DNA of 54,777 nt. It comes from an uncultured bacterium (GTDB taxonomy: Bacteria; Gemmatimonadota; Gemmatimonadetes; Longimicrobiales; Gaopeijiaceae). The translations under genes and the position numbers were made by a program. Location of the stretch: the NCBI GenBank assembly GCA_965366355.1, contig CBDUEZ010000001.1, forward strand, positions 1 to 54,777, read 5' to 3'. A model generated the notes under the pieces. It was not told where the DNA came from. It saw nothing but the letters and a program-made list of their open reading frames with translations, and did no database searches. Shown here one piece after another: positions 34,342-43,958 of the stretch (the stretch's first letter is position 1; every line of letters starts with the position of its first letter).

Positions 34342-35445
34342 GTGACGGATTCGGTCGCCATCGACCTTCTTCGCTCCCTCGGCGGACTCATCGTTCTGAC
34401 GCTCGGAGCCGACCTCCTGGTACGGGGCGCCTCCGGTCTGGCCACCCGTCTCCGGATCCCCCCCCTGGTCGTCGGACTCACCGTCGTCGCTTTCGGCACG
34501 TCGGCACCCGAGATCGCGGTGAGCGTCGATGCGGCCCTCTCGGGGCGGCCCGACGTCGCCCTGGGAAACGTGGTGGGGAGCAACATCTTCAACATTCTGG
34601 TCATTCTCGGGATCAGCGCGGTCGTCGCACCACTGGTCGTGCGCAGCGAGCTCGTGAAGCTCGATCTTCCCGTTATGGTCGCCGTGTCGATGCTGCCGCT
34701 CCTCCTGGGTCTCGACCGCCTCATTTCTGCCGGAGAGGGGGTGTTTCTCATCGGTCTGGCCGTAGCCTACGTCGCGGGGCTGATCTGGCTTTCACACAAG
34801 AAACGGGACGGCGCCGCAGCGCCCGCTCACGAACCGACGCCGGCCGACCCGCAGCGGCCCGCCTGGTTTCAACTCCTTCTCGTCATGGGCGGATTGGGGC
34901 TTCTCCTCCTGGGTGCAGACGCCTTCGTTCAGGGTGCCAGCACCCTCGCACGCGCGGCCGGGGTGAGCGAACTCGTCATCGGCCTGACGTTGGTGGCGGC
35001 CGGCACATCGCTGCCCGAACTCGCCACCTCGGTACTCGCCAGTATTCGCGGTGAACGGGACCTCGCGGTCGGAAACGTCGTGGGTAGCAACATCTTCAAC
35101 GTGCTTGCGGTGCTGGGTGCGGGCGCCGTGGCGGGGTCGGGTCTTTCCGTCCCGAGCGGTGTGCTGCGCTTTGATTTCCCGGTCATGATCGCCGTCGCGC
35201 TGGCCTGCCTCCCGGTGTTCCGAACCGGATCGGCCATCAGCAGGCGGGAAGGCACGGTCTTCATCGGGTACTACCTGTTGTACGCGATCTATCTGGGACT
35301 GCACAGCTCCAACCATCCGTTCCAGGACGAATTCGGTTTCGTCGTCGTCGGGTTGATCCTACCCCTGACGATCGTCGTCGCGGTGGCCATCGGATGGGTG
35401 CCGTCGCACAACCGGGCGTCGGCACCCGGAGCGGAGAAGCCCTAA
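34342..35445 (+). CDS. Calcium/sodium antiporter (CaCA, YrbG-like)
   Basis: Two alpha repeats: GLTVVAFGTSAPE...GNVVGSNIFN and GLTLVAAGTSLPE...GNVVGSNIFN. Confidence 0.95.
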   Translation: MTDSVAIDLLRSLGGLIVLTLGADLLVRGASGLATRLRIPPLVVGLTVVAFGTSAPEIAVSVDAALSGRPDVALGNVVGSNIFNILVILGISAVVAPLVVRSELVKLDLPVMVAVSMLPLLLGLDRLISAGEGVFLIGLAVAYVAGLIWLSHKKRDGAAAPAHEPTPADPQRPAWFQLLLVMGGLGLLLLGADAFVQGASTLARAAGVSELVIGLTLVAAGTSLPELATSVLASIRGERDLAVGNVVGSNIFNVLAVLGAGAVAGSGLSVPSGVLRFDFPVMIAVALACLPVFRTGSAISRREGTVFIGYYLLYAIYLGLHSSNHPFQDEFGFVVVGLILPLTIVVAVAIGWVPSHNRASAPGAEKP

Positions 35446-36725
35446 CGTCCGGATGTCGCTAGACCCTCGGCTTCGTTGACGGTCGCGAGAAGGAGGCCGC
35501 CCACGACGAAGAAGATCAAAATGGTCGCCATGCCGGCGCGCTGGGACTGAAACGCCTGCGTGACGACGCCCAACAACAGCGGACCCATGAAGGCGATCGC
35601 CTTCCCCGAAAACGCGAAGAAGCCGAAGAACTCGGTCTCCTTCTCTCGCGGCACGAAACGCCCGAGCAACGAACGACTCGCGGCCTGATTCGGTCCCACG
35701 AAGATGCCGACCCAGAGTCCGGCGAGGTACAGGCTCGTCTTGGAGTCGGCACTCACGGCCCAGTACCCCCCGATGATCAACCCGATCAGGGTCACGAAGA
35801 GGGTGCGCTTCCCTCCGAGGCGGTCGTCGAGGAACCCCATCCCGAAGGCTCCCAGCCCCGCGGTGACGTTGAGCGCCAGTCCCCAGTACATGACTTCGGT
35901 GAGCGTGAACCCGAAGGTCTCGGCCGCGAAGATGGGCCCGAACGCGAAGATCGTAACCAGCCCGTCGTTGTAGAACATTCGAGCGACGAGAAGCCGAAAG
36001 ATCTGCCGGTACCTGCGAATCTCTCCGAACGTGCGCCCCAGCTGGGCGAAGGCCTCGCGCACGACCTGCCCGAACGCGACCCCCGCGCCGCGGGACGGCG
36101 GCTCCTTCACCCACACGAACATGGGAATGCTGAGGAGCCCGAACCACGCCGCCACCAGGAGGGTCGTTGCGCGCACGTGCTCGCCGGTCTCGGCATCCAA
36201 CCCGAAGGGAGGCACATCGGGGAGGATCAAGACGGCGAGAGCCACACCCATCGCGAGCAGGCCCCCGAGATAGCCGAGAGCCCATCCGTAGCCCGAGATC
36301 CTGCCGATCATCTCCGGCGGTGAAATCTCGGGAAGGTAGGAGTTGTAGAAAACGCCGCACAATTCGTATGCGATGTTGCTGAGCACAAAAACCGTGAGCG
36401 CGAGCCTCACCTCTCCCGGGCCGGGTAAAAACAACGCCGCCACACCGACCACCGTGAGCCCGGTCGTGGTCAAAAGAAGCGGGCGTCGATAACCCCCTCG
36501 GTCCGCGAGTGCCCCCAACACGGGTGAAAGGAGCGCGACCACGACGGCCGTGATGGTGATTCCGCGCGACCAGAGCGCCGTACCCGTAATGGCGTCAGGG
36601 GCGATCTCCTGCGTGAAGTAGACCCCATAGATAAAGGTGACGATCAGGGTCGTGTAGGCGGAGTTGGCGAAGTCGTACATCGCCCACCCCCACACCGCCT
36701 TCCGGTCGTACGGCTGGGTCGTCAT
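35442..36725 (-). CDS. MFS transporter (UMF1/Atg22-like)
   Basis: Motifs WAMYDFANSAY, SPVLGALAD, GRISGYGWALGYLGG, QAASRSL and EFFGFF. Start at ATG 36725. Confidence 0.92.
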   Translation of the reverse strand: MTTQPYDRKAVWGWAMYDFANSAYTTLIVTFIYGVYFTQEIAPDAITGTALWSRGITITAVVVALLSPVLGALADRGGYRRPLLLTTTGLTVVGVAALFLPGPGEVRLALTVFVLSNIAYELCGVFYNSYLPEISPPEMIGRISGYGWALGYLGGLLAMGVALAVLILPDVPPFGLDAETGEHVRATTLLVAAWFGLLSIPMFVWVKEPPSRGAGVAFGQVVREAFAQLGRTFGEIRRYRQIFRLLVARMFYNDGLVTIFAFGPIFAAETFGFTLTEVMYWGLALNVTAGLGAFGMGFLDDRLGGKRTLFVTLIGLIIGGYWAVSADSKTSLYLAGLWVGIFVGPNQAASRSLLGRFVPREKETEFFGFFAFSGKAIAFMGPLLLGVVTQAFQSQRAGMATILIFFVVGGLLLATVNEAEGLATSGR

Positions 36726-36901
36726 GCTCACTCGAGCGTTGGAGAGGTCAGCGACGAGTGGCTCACCCCCCGCATCGAGCCACTCTACCATTCGCCGAGC
36801 CCGCCGTCCAAGATCGGTGGCGACCGCCGGTTGGCTCAGTCGGTCCCGGCCGGTATTCTAGGCCCCACGCGATCACACTCCTTGATCCCCTACCATTCGA
36901 C

Positions 36902-37684
36902 ATGACTCCGAACCGCATCGCGGGACGCACCGTGCTGGTGACCGGCGCCACCGCCGGCATTGGAAGGGCCTGCGCCCGAGCTTTCGCGCAACAGGGCGCA
37001 CGACTCATCGTGACGGGGCGTAGGAGCGAGCGACTCGAGGAACTGGCGGCCGAACTCACCGCGTCGCACGGGGTCGATGTGCACCCGGCCACCCTCGATG
37101 TGCGCGACAGGGAGGCCGTCGATTCGCTGGGACTGCAACTCGACGCCCTCGACTTCACCCCCGATGTGCTCGTGAACAACGCGGGCAAGGCCCTAGGCCT
37201 CGACCCCGTTCACGCGGGCGACCCGGACGACTGGGACGAGATGATCGATACCAACGTCAAGGGACTTCTGTATCTGACCCGCACGTTCCTGCCCCGGATG
37301 ATCGCGGCGAATCATGGACACGTCGTCAACATCGGGAGCATCGCGGGCCGGTGGGTCTACCCGAACGGTGGCGTCTATTGCGGCACGAAGTTCGCCGTCC
37401 TGGCCCTCACGGAGGGCATCAACATGGAGCTCGTCGGCACCAAGGTGCGCGTGTCGAGTGTCGACCCGGGGCTCGTCGAGACGGAGTTCAGCGAAGTGCG
37501 GTTCCATGGCGACGCGGCGCGGGCGGAGACGGTCTACGAGGGCTACACCCCTCTCTCGCCCGACGACGTCGCCGATGCCGTTCTCTATGTGGTCAACGCT
37601 CCGGAGCATGTGGATATCTTGAACCTCGTGCTGATGCCCACCGACCAGCGGCACGCCACCATCGTCCACAAGGCACTGGATTGA
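36902..37684 (+). CDS. Short-chain dehydrogenase (YdfG-like)
   Basis: Motifs TGATAGIG, NNAG, MIDTNVKG, YCGTK and PGLVETEFSEVRF. Confidence 0.92.
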   Translation: MTPNRIAGRTVLVTGATAGIGRACARAFAQQGARLIVTGRRSERLEELAAELTASHGVDVHPATLDVRDREAVDSLGLQLDALDFTPDVLVNNAGKALGLDPVHAGDPDDWDEMIDTNVKGLLYLTRTFLPRMIAANHGHVVNIGSIAGRWVYPNGGVYCGTKFAVLALTEGINMELVGTKVRVSSVDPGLVETEFSEVRFHGDAARAETVYEGYTPLSPDDVADAVLYVVNAPEHVDILNLVLMPTDQRHATIVHKALD

Positions 37685-37712
37685 GGCGCCCAACGTTCCC
37701 GCGCGTGCTTCC

Positions 37713-38975
37713 GTGAGTCTCGAGCGAAGTTCTCCGCGCCTCGTCGTATTCGCACTCTGGCTTCTCGTCTTTTCGTCGGCGAGCCAGATCATGATCATCT
37801 CGCCGATCCTCCCGCTCATCGGGGAGGAACTCGACATCGCCGACGCCGCCCTCGGCACCCTGGTTTCGGCCTACGCCTTGATGGTCGGCATCTTCGCGAT
37901 CATTTCCGGACCCATCTCCGACAAGATCGGGCGACGACGCATCCTCCTGCTCGGCACCGGGACGATGACCGTCGCGCTCGTCATGCACGTGTTCGTGAAG
38001 GATTATGCCTCCTTTCTTGCAGTGCGGATCTTCGCGGGTGTCGCGGGAGGGGTCTTGAGTGGAGCGGCCGTGTCGTATGTGGGCGACTACTTTCCCTACG
38101 AGCGGCGCGGATGGGCGACCGGCTGGATCATGAGTGGGTCGGCCTTCGGCCAAATCATCGGCATTCCCCTGGGCATCGTGATCGCGGGTCGGCTCGGGAT
38201 TCGAGCACCGTTCGGCTTGTTTGCCGTAACCATGGTGCTGACCTGGTTCTTGATCTTCTTCAAGGTGCCCCAACCCGATGTGAGGCGATCCGAGGGACGC
38301 CTCACCGTCGGAGGGGCGTTCCGCGACTACCTGGAGATGTTGCGAAGGCCGGAAATCGCCTGGGCATCGCTCGCCTTCTTCCTCATGTTCCTCGGCCTTT
38401 CGCTGTACGTCGTCTATCTCCCGACGTGGCTCGAACGGTCGTTTGCCGATGCCACCCCCAACGGGATCGCGGTTCTTTTCCTGGTCGGTGGACTCGCCAA
38501 TGTGTTCACGGGACCCCAGGCGGGTCGGATCTCGGATCGGGTGGGTCGAAAGGGCATCATTCTCGCCGCCTGCGCGGGCCTTTCGGTCGTCATGCTCCTC
38601 ACGACGGTTGTCGTGACCTCGTTCTGGCTCGCCTACCCCATGTTTTTCCTGACGATGGTGCTCGTCGCGATGCGGATCTCGCCGTTCTCGGCGCTGCTCA
38701 CCGCTCTCGTGAACGACCACCGCCGGGGTTCCCTCATGAGCCTCACCGTTGCGCTGGGACAGGTGGGGTTCGCCGTGGGTGGAGCCATCGCGGGCCCACT
38801 TTTCGCGGGCAGGGGGTATTCGAGCAACACCGTCCTGGGAGCCGTCTCGGTCCTGGGCATGGGTTTGATCGTCTGGTTCTTCATTCCTGAACCGGTGGCC
38901 CAGGGTCGGGTGGTCGCCGCGACCTCCGGCGACGCGTTCGGCGAAGCGGCCGTTCTGGACCCCGAAACGCTCTGA
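37713..38975 (+). CDS. MFS transporter
   Basis: MFS motif A twice (GPISDKIGRR, GRISDRVGRK) and about 12 TM segments. Confidence 0.92.
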   Translation: MSLERSSPRLVVFALWLLVFSSASQIMIISPILPLIGEELDIADAALGTLVSAYALMVGIFAIISGPISDKIGRRRILLLGTGTMTVALVMHVFVKDYASFLAVRIFAGVAGGVLSGAAVSYVGDYFPYERRGWATGWIMSGSAFGQIIGIPLGIVIAGRLGIRAPFGLFAVTMVLTWFLIFFKVPQPDVRRSEGRLTVGGAFRDYLEMLRRPEIAWASLAFFLMFLGLSLYVVYLPTWLERSFADATPNGIAVLFLVGGLANVFTGPQAGRISDRVGRKGIILAACAGLSVVMLLTTVVVTSFWLAYPMFFLTMVLVAMRISPFSALLTALVNDHRRGSLMSLTVALGQVGFAVGGAIAGPLFAGRGYSSNTVLGAVSVLGMGLIVWFFIPEPVAQGRVVAATSGDAFGEAAVLDPETL

Positions 38976-39760
38976 TGCCACGCGCCCGCCCTCTCGCCAT
39001 CGTGACGGGCGCGTCGGCCGGCCTCGGGCTCGACATGGCCAGGAGTCTCGCCCAGCGTGGATACGATGTCGTTCTGGCGGCGCGGAGCGTCGATCGGCTC
39101 GAGGCGATTCGCGACGAGATCGAGGCGGGCGGTACCCTCGCCTATGTCGCTGCACACGACCTCTCGAGCAGCGTGGGCGTCGATCGCCTGCTCGAAGACG
39201 TCGCGGCGCTGGCGCGCCCGGTCGATCTATTGGTGAACAACGCGGGCTTCGGTCTCCATGGTCCGTACCTGGAGACCGACGCCGCCGCTGAGGCCGCCAT
39301 GATCCAGGTCAACGTCCTCGCACTCGTGCGGCTCACCCGGGAGCTGTTGCCCGGGATGGTGGCTCGCGGCTCGGGCCGTATTCTCCAGGTCGCCTCGACG
39401 GCGGGCTTCATGCCGGGGCCATGGATGTCGACCTACTATGCGACGAAAGCCTTCGTCCTCTCCTACTCCGACGCTCTGGCCGAGGAACTACGGGAAACCG
39501 GGGTCACCGTGACCTGTCTCTGCCCGGGCCCCACCCGCACGGGCTTCCAGGCGAAGGCCGGCGCGCGTCGCCCCGGCGCGTCGAAACTCGGCATGATGGA
39601 AAGCGCGGCGGTGGCGCGAGCGGGTCTCGACGGCGCCTTGTCGGGCCGTCGGCGGGTCGTGCCGGGACTGGTCAACAAGCTCTCCACCTGGGCGCCACGC
39701 CTCTTCCCGCGCAACCTTCTGACGGCTCTCGTGGGTCGAATTCAGCGTTCTCGCCGCTGA
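38975..39760 (+). CDS. Short-chain dehydrogenase/reductase
   Basis: Motifs TGASAGLG, NNAGFG, YYATK and LCPGPTRT. Confidence 0.93.
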   Translation: MPRARPLAIVTGASAGLGLDMARSLAQRGYDVVLAARSVDRLEAIRDEIEAGGTLAYVAAHDLSSSVGVDRLLEDVAALARPVDLLVNNAGFGLHGPYLETDAAAEAAMIQVNVLALVRLTRELLPGMVARGSGRILQVASTAGFMPGPWMSTYYATKAFVLSYSDALAEELRETGVTVTCLCPGPTRTGFQAKAGARRPGASKLGMMESAAVARAGLDGALSGRRRVVPGLVNKLSTWAPRLFPRNLLTALVGRIQRSRR

Positions 39761-39870
39761 CCCATATCGAGCGGCCGACGCGCCCCCCAGACAAGAGATA
39801 GTGGGCAAACCCGCAGCGGGCCCCTAGGTTAGCGGCGAGTTGACCCTCCTCCACCGACACCCCGCGATCC

Positions 39871-41160
39871 GTGAACGATTCGGCACCCGAGTCCGTGTTT
39901 CGTATCCTTCTCGCGGAGGACGCGCCGGACCAGTCGCTCCTCTTGTCCGCGCTGCTCCAGAAGCTCGGGCCGTTCGACGTGACCCTCGTGCAGGACGGAC
40001 TCCAGGCACTGGACCTGGCGAGACGGGACTCGTTCGACCTCGTGTTGACCGACCTGAACCTCCCCGGGATCGACGGCTTCGAGCTGACCCGATCGCTCAA
40101 GAAGGAGTTCCCGCGGCTCCCGGTTCTGGCCGCAACGGGATACACCGACTCGTCGTACGTCGCGGGGGCCTATCGGGCGGGGGTCGACGCCCTGATGACC
40201 AAACCCGTCGACCCCGAAGATCTGGAAGCACGGCTTCGAGAACTGCTCCCGCGATGGCGCTCGGCGGGTGAGCGCGCGCCGTCGGTCATCGCCGTCGGCG
40301 CCCGCCCGGGCGATGTCGAACTGGGGTGTGGCGCATCTCTGGCGGCCCATCAGGCCGCCGGCCACGATGTGCTCGTCATCGTGCTCGGCACGGGTGATTC
40401 AGACGAGCGGATCGCGGCGAGAGCCCGCAAAGCGGCCGAGGAACTCGGGGTTCGGCTCATCTCTGCCGACGGTTCGGCGGGCCAGGCCACCCCGGAACAA
40501 CGCGCCGCACTCTTGAAACGGCTGATCGACGAGATGGAGCCCACATGGGCCTACCTCCCGTCGGGCTCCGACCGTGACGCCGCACGACGCGCTGTGCACC
40601 AGGTGGCCGACGGGGCGACTCGGGGGGTCGCCACCGTCCTGGGCTATGCAACGCCGACGACCCGACTCGACTTCGCTCCGAGTGTGTACCGAGACGTGGG
40701 CCGCTGGATGGATGCCAAGCTCGCCGCCCTCGCCCATCACCAGACCGGACACGCCCCCGACCCCGGACTCTCCCCCGACTTCGCCCTCGCACACGCTCGA
40801 TACTGGGGACGCTTCAAGGGATTTGCGGCCGTGGAGCCGTTCGAACTGCTGGGAAGCGCCGATGTGCCGCCCGCCTCCGGGCGAACGACCGAATCCGTCG
40901 CCGTGCCGCAACCGGTGGTCGAGCCGGTCGCCGAGCCGGAGTTGGTCGCGGAGCCGGAGTTGGTCGCCGAGCCGGAGCCGATCGCGGTGCCGGAGCCTAT
41001 CGCCGAGCCGGTCGCGCCGACCGAACCGGTCCGCGGGCCCGAACCCATTCCGGGGCCCGAACCCGTCGCTCCCCCTGCCCCCACTCGACGCCCACCGCCA
41101 CCGCCGATGATGCCGACCCGCGGTGGAGCCCCGTCGCGCCCTCCGGAGGGCTCCGAATGA
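39871..41160 (+). CDS. Response-regulator receiver fused to a degenerate PIG-L/LmbE-like domain with a Pro/Glu-rich tail
   Basis: Receiver: LLAED, LTDLNLPGIDG, ATG, TKP. Then VIAVGARPGDVELGCGASL...KLAALAHHQT...ARYWG...EPF, then (AEPELV)-type repeats. Confidence 0.8.
   Translation: MNDSAPESVFRILLAEDAPDQSLLLSALLQKLGPFDVTLVQDGLQALDLARRDSFDLVLTDLNLPGIDGFELTRSLKKEFPRLPVLAATGYTDSSYVAGAYRAGVDALMTKPVDPEDLEARLRELLPRWRSAGERAPSVIAVGARPGDVELGCGASLAAHQAAGHDVLVIVLGTGDSDERIAARARKAAEELGVRLISADGSAGQATPEQRAALLKRLIDEMEPTWAYLPSGSDRDAARRAVHQVADGATRGVATVLGYATPTTRLDFAPSVYRDVGRWMDAKLAALAHHQTGHAPDPGLSPDFALAHARYWGRFKGFAAVEPFELLGSADVPPASGRTTESVAVPQPVVEPVAEPELVAEPELVAEPEPIAVPEPIAEPVAPTEPVRGPEPIPGPEPVAPPAPTRRPPPPPMMPTRGGAPSRPPEGSE
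40918..41016. repeat. Imperfect 18-bp coding repeats (VAEPEL/IAEPEP)
   Basis: GCCGAGCCGGAGTTGGTC, GCGGAGCCGGAGTTGGTC and degenerate copies. Confidence 0.75.
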
Positions 41161-42863
41161 CCCGCGGGGCACTGGAAGTCGTGAGCCTCTGTCTTTTCCT
41201 TGCACCGACGCCGGCCCTGGCGCAGGCCGCACGAGCCGGCGAACAGGAGCCGGCTCCGATCGAAGCCGGGCTGGCATCGCCTCCCGAGCGCTACCTCGAC
41301 GATCGCATCGACGTCGTGCACTACGACATCGAGGTGGCGCTTCCCAATGGAACCGGCTCGATCGATGGGCGCGTCGAGATCGAACTGCGTGCCACCGATT
41401 CAGTGGAGCATGTGGTTCTCGACTTTACGGGGCTCCGGATCGACGGTGTGTCGGTGGATGGCGCGCCGGTCGACCGCTGGACTCACCAGGACGGCCTTCT
41501 CGACGTGCCGTTTCCCAGAGCAACGGCCGGTGAGACCCGCAGGGTGGCCATTTCGTACGGCGGCGTTCCCGACGACGGCTTGATTCTCGGAGAGACCGTT
41601 CACGGGCACCCCAGCGCATTCGTAGACAATTGGCCGAACCGCACCCGCTTCTGGCTGCCGTCGGTCGATCACCCGTCCGACAAGGCCACGGCCCGCATCA
41701 CCGTGCACGCGCCCGCTGCCTGGTCGGTCATCTCCAACGGTCGGGAGGTGAGGCCTGCCGCTCCGACGCCCGCCGACGTGGAGGGTCCCGAGGTCGGCCC
41801 CCGACGAACGTGGGTGTACGAGACCGATGTCGACCATCCGACGTACACCCTCGTCGTCGGTGGCGCCGAAATGGTGGTCGACACGCTCGGATTCGGCGCC
41901 TGCGGACACGCGCCGGCGTCGCCCCGAGACGATGGCTGCGTCGCCGTATCGACGTGGCTTTTTCCGGAGAGCGCCGTCCAGGGGGCGGGCTCCTTCCGAC
42001 GTGCCGTCGAGATGGTCGACTTCTTCTCGGATCTCGTGGGCCCATTTCCCTACGAGAAGCTCGCTCATGTTCAGTCGGCGACTCGGTTCGGCGGCATGGA
42101 GAACAGCTCGGCCATCTTCTACTCTCAGCAGGGGATCGCCTCCGGCCGTGACATGGAGGGCACCGTCAGCCACGAAACCGCGCATCAATGGTTCGGCGAC
42201 AGCGTGACCGAAGAAGATTGGAGCCATCTCTGGCTCTCGGAGGGCTTCGCGACCTACTTCGGAGCCCTCTTCTTCGAGCACACCGACGGTCCCGAAGCGC
42301 TGCGCTCCCGAATGGCCGATGCCGCGGCGACATACCTCGCGTCGGCCGATACCGCCCGACCCGTCGTCGACACCCGTGAGGACCTGTTCGGTATGCTCAA
42401 CCGCAACAGCTACCAGAAGGGCGGCCTGGTGCTCCACATGCTGCGGCGGGAGGTGGGCGACGAACTCTTCTTCGGCGCCGTGCGCGAATATTTCGATCGC
42501 TACAACGATGCGACCGCCGACACCGACGACTTCCGCCGTGTGGTCGAAGAGGTGTCGGGTCGAGACCTGAGCGTCTTCTTCCGGCAGTGGCTCTACGCTC
42601 CCGGGTATCCGGTACTCTCGGTGGCCACCCGAGCCGTCGGCGGGGAGTTGGCGATCGACATTCGGCAGACCCAGGCCGCTCCCGCTCCCCACTTCCACAT
42701 CCCCATCGATGTCGTCGTCACGTGGGACGGGGGGTCGCTCCGCGAGACCGTGTACTCCACCGGCGAAATGGTCACCCTTTCAGTGCCCGGAGCACCGGCT
42801 GACGCCCGGGTCGTGTTGGATCCCGACGGGTGGTTGCTTCATCGGCGGGTCGAGGGTCGCTGA
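41157..42863 (+). CDS. M1-family zinc aminopeptidase (secreted)
   Basis: Motifs GGMEN, HETAHQWFG...WLSEGFATY and YQKGGLVLHMLR. Signal peptide present. Confidence 0.94.
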   Translation: MTRGALEVVSLCLFLAPTPALAQAARAGEQEPAPIEAGLASPPERYLDDRIDVVHYDIEVALPNGTGSIDGRVEIELRATDSVEHVVLDFTGLRIDGVSVDGAPVDRWTHQDGLLDVPFPRATAGETRRVAISYGGVPDDGLILGETVHGHPSAFVDNWPNRTRFWLPSVDHPSDKATARITVHAPAAWSVISNGREVRPAAPTPADVEGPEVGPRRTWVYETDVDHPTYTLVVGGAEMVVDTLGFGACGHAPASPRDDGCVAVSTWLFPESAVQGAGSFRRAVEMVDFFSDLVGPFPYEKLAHVQSATRFGGMENSSAIFYSQQGIASGRDMEGTVSHETAHQWFGDSVTEEDWSHLWLSEGFATYFGALFFEHTDGPEALRSRMADAAATYLASADTARPVVDTREDLFGMLNRNSYQKGGLVLHMLRREVGDELFFGAVREYFDRYNDATADTDDFRRVVEEVSGRDLSVFFRQWLYAPGYPVLSVATRAVGGELAIDIRQTQAAPAPHFHIPIDVVVTWDGGSLRETVYSTGEMVTLSVPGAPADARVVLDPDGWLLHRRVEGR

Positions 42864-42980
42864 GGCGGCCAAGGCCGTCAGAACCTTCACCGCATGCCCT
42901 GCCCCGGGTAGCTTACGTCCGTTCCCGACCCGCTCTCATTCGCGGGATCCGGGCCGAGTACTCCGAACCGGGAGCCCATT

Positions 42981-43958
42981 GTGGCCGCCGTTCCGCACCT
43001 CGAATTCGAACGCGATATCGTCGAGATCCAGGGCCAGATCGACAAGTTGCTCGCCCTGGCCGAGAAAAAGGGGATCGATGTCTCGACCGACCTCGCCGCC
43101 CTCCGCGACAAGCTGGAAGCGCTGAAGCAAGACACCTACCAGAACCTCCGGCCGATCGAACAGGTCCAGGTCGCACGACATCCTCGGCGGCCCTACACCC
43201 TCGACTATTTGTCCGAGGTGTTCACCGACTGGGTAGAACTCCACGGAGACCGGGCTTTCCGTGACGACGAAGCCATCGTAGGCGGGTGGGCGCGTCTCCA
43301 GGGCCGATCGGTGATGGTCGTCGGACATCAGAAGGGCCGCGACATGAAGGAGAACCTGCGGCGGAACTTCGGAATGCCGCACCCCGAGGGCTACCGCAAA
43401 GCGCTCCGTTTGATGCGCATGGCAGAGAAGTTCGGACGGCCCGTCGTGACACTGATCGACACCCCCGGAGCCTATCCAGGGATCGGTGCCGAGGAGCGGG
43501 GCCAGGCCGAGGCGATCGCCATGAACCTCCGGGAGATGGCTCGCATGCGCGTTCCACTCATCTCGGTCGTCATCGGCGAGGGGGGCTCGGGCGGCGCCCT
43601 GGCCCTGGGAGTCACCGACAAGATCCTGATGTTGGAGCACAGCGTGTACTCCGTGATCTCTCCCGAGGGCTGCGCGGCGATTCTATGGCGCTCGGCAGAA
43701 CACCGGGAGAAGGCGGCGGAGGCCCTCAAACTGACGTCGTCCAACCTCCGGGAGCTCGGCGTCTGCGACGAAGTCATCCCGGAGCCGACCGGCGGTGCTC
43801 ACTCCGACTGGTCGGCGACGTGTGAGGCCCTGCGCGAGGCACTCCATCGAAACCTCGTCGAACTCGAGGGTCTGACTCCCGAAGACCGCATTCGCCGGCG
43901 CCAGGCCAAGTTCGAGGGGATCGGCCGCTGGCGGGGCGACGGCGGTCCGGGCGAGTGA
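42981..43958 (+). CDS. accA: Acetyl-CoA carboxylase carboxyltransferase alpha subunit
   Basis: Motifs ARHPRRPYTLDY, ELHGDR, PEGYRKALRLM, DTPGAYPG, GEGGSGGAL and YSVISPEGCAAILW. Confidence 0.98.
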   Translation: MAAVPHLEFERDIVEIQGQIDKLLALAEKKGIDVSTDLAALRDKLEALKQDTYQNLRPIEQVQVARHPRRPYTLDYLSEVFTDWVELHGDRAFRDDEAIVGGWARLQGRSVMVVGHQKGRDMKENLRRNFGMPHPEGYRKALRLMRMAEKFGRPVVTLIDTPGAYPGIGAEERGQAEAIAMNLREMARMRVPLISVVIGEGGSGGALALGVTDKILMLEHSVYSVISPEGCAAILWRSAEHREKAAEALKLTSSNLRELGVCDEVIPEPTGGAHSDWSATCEALREALHRNLVELEGLTPEDRIRRRQAKFEGIGRWRGDGGPGE

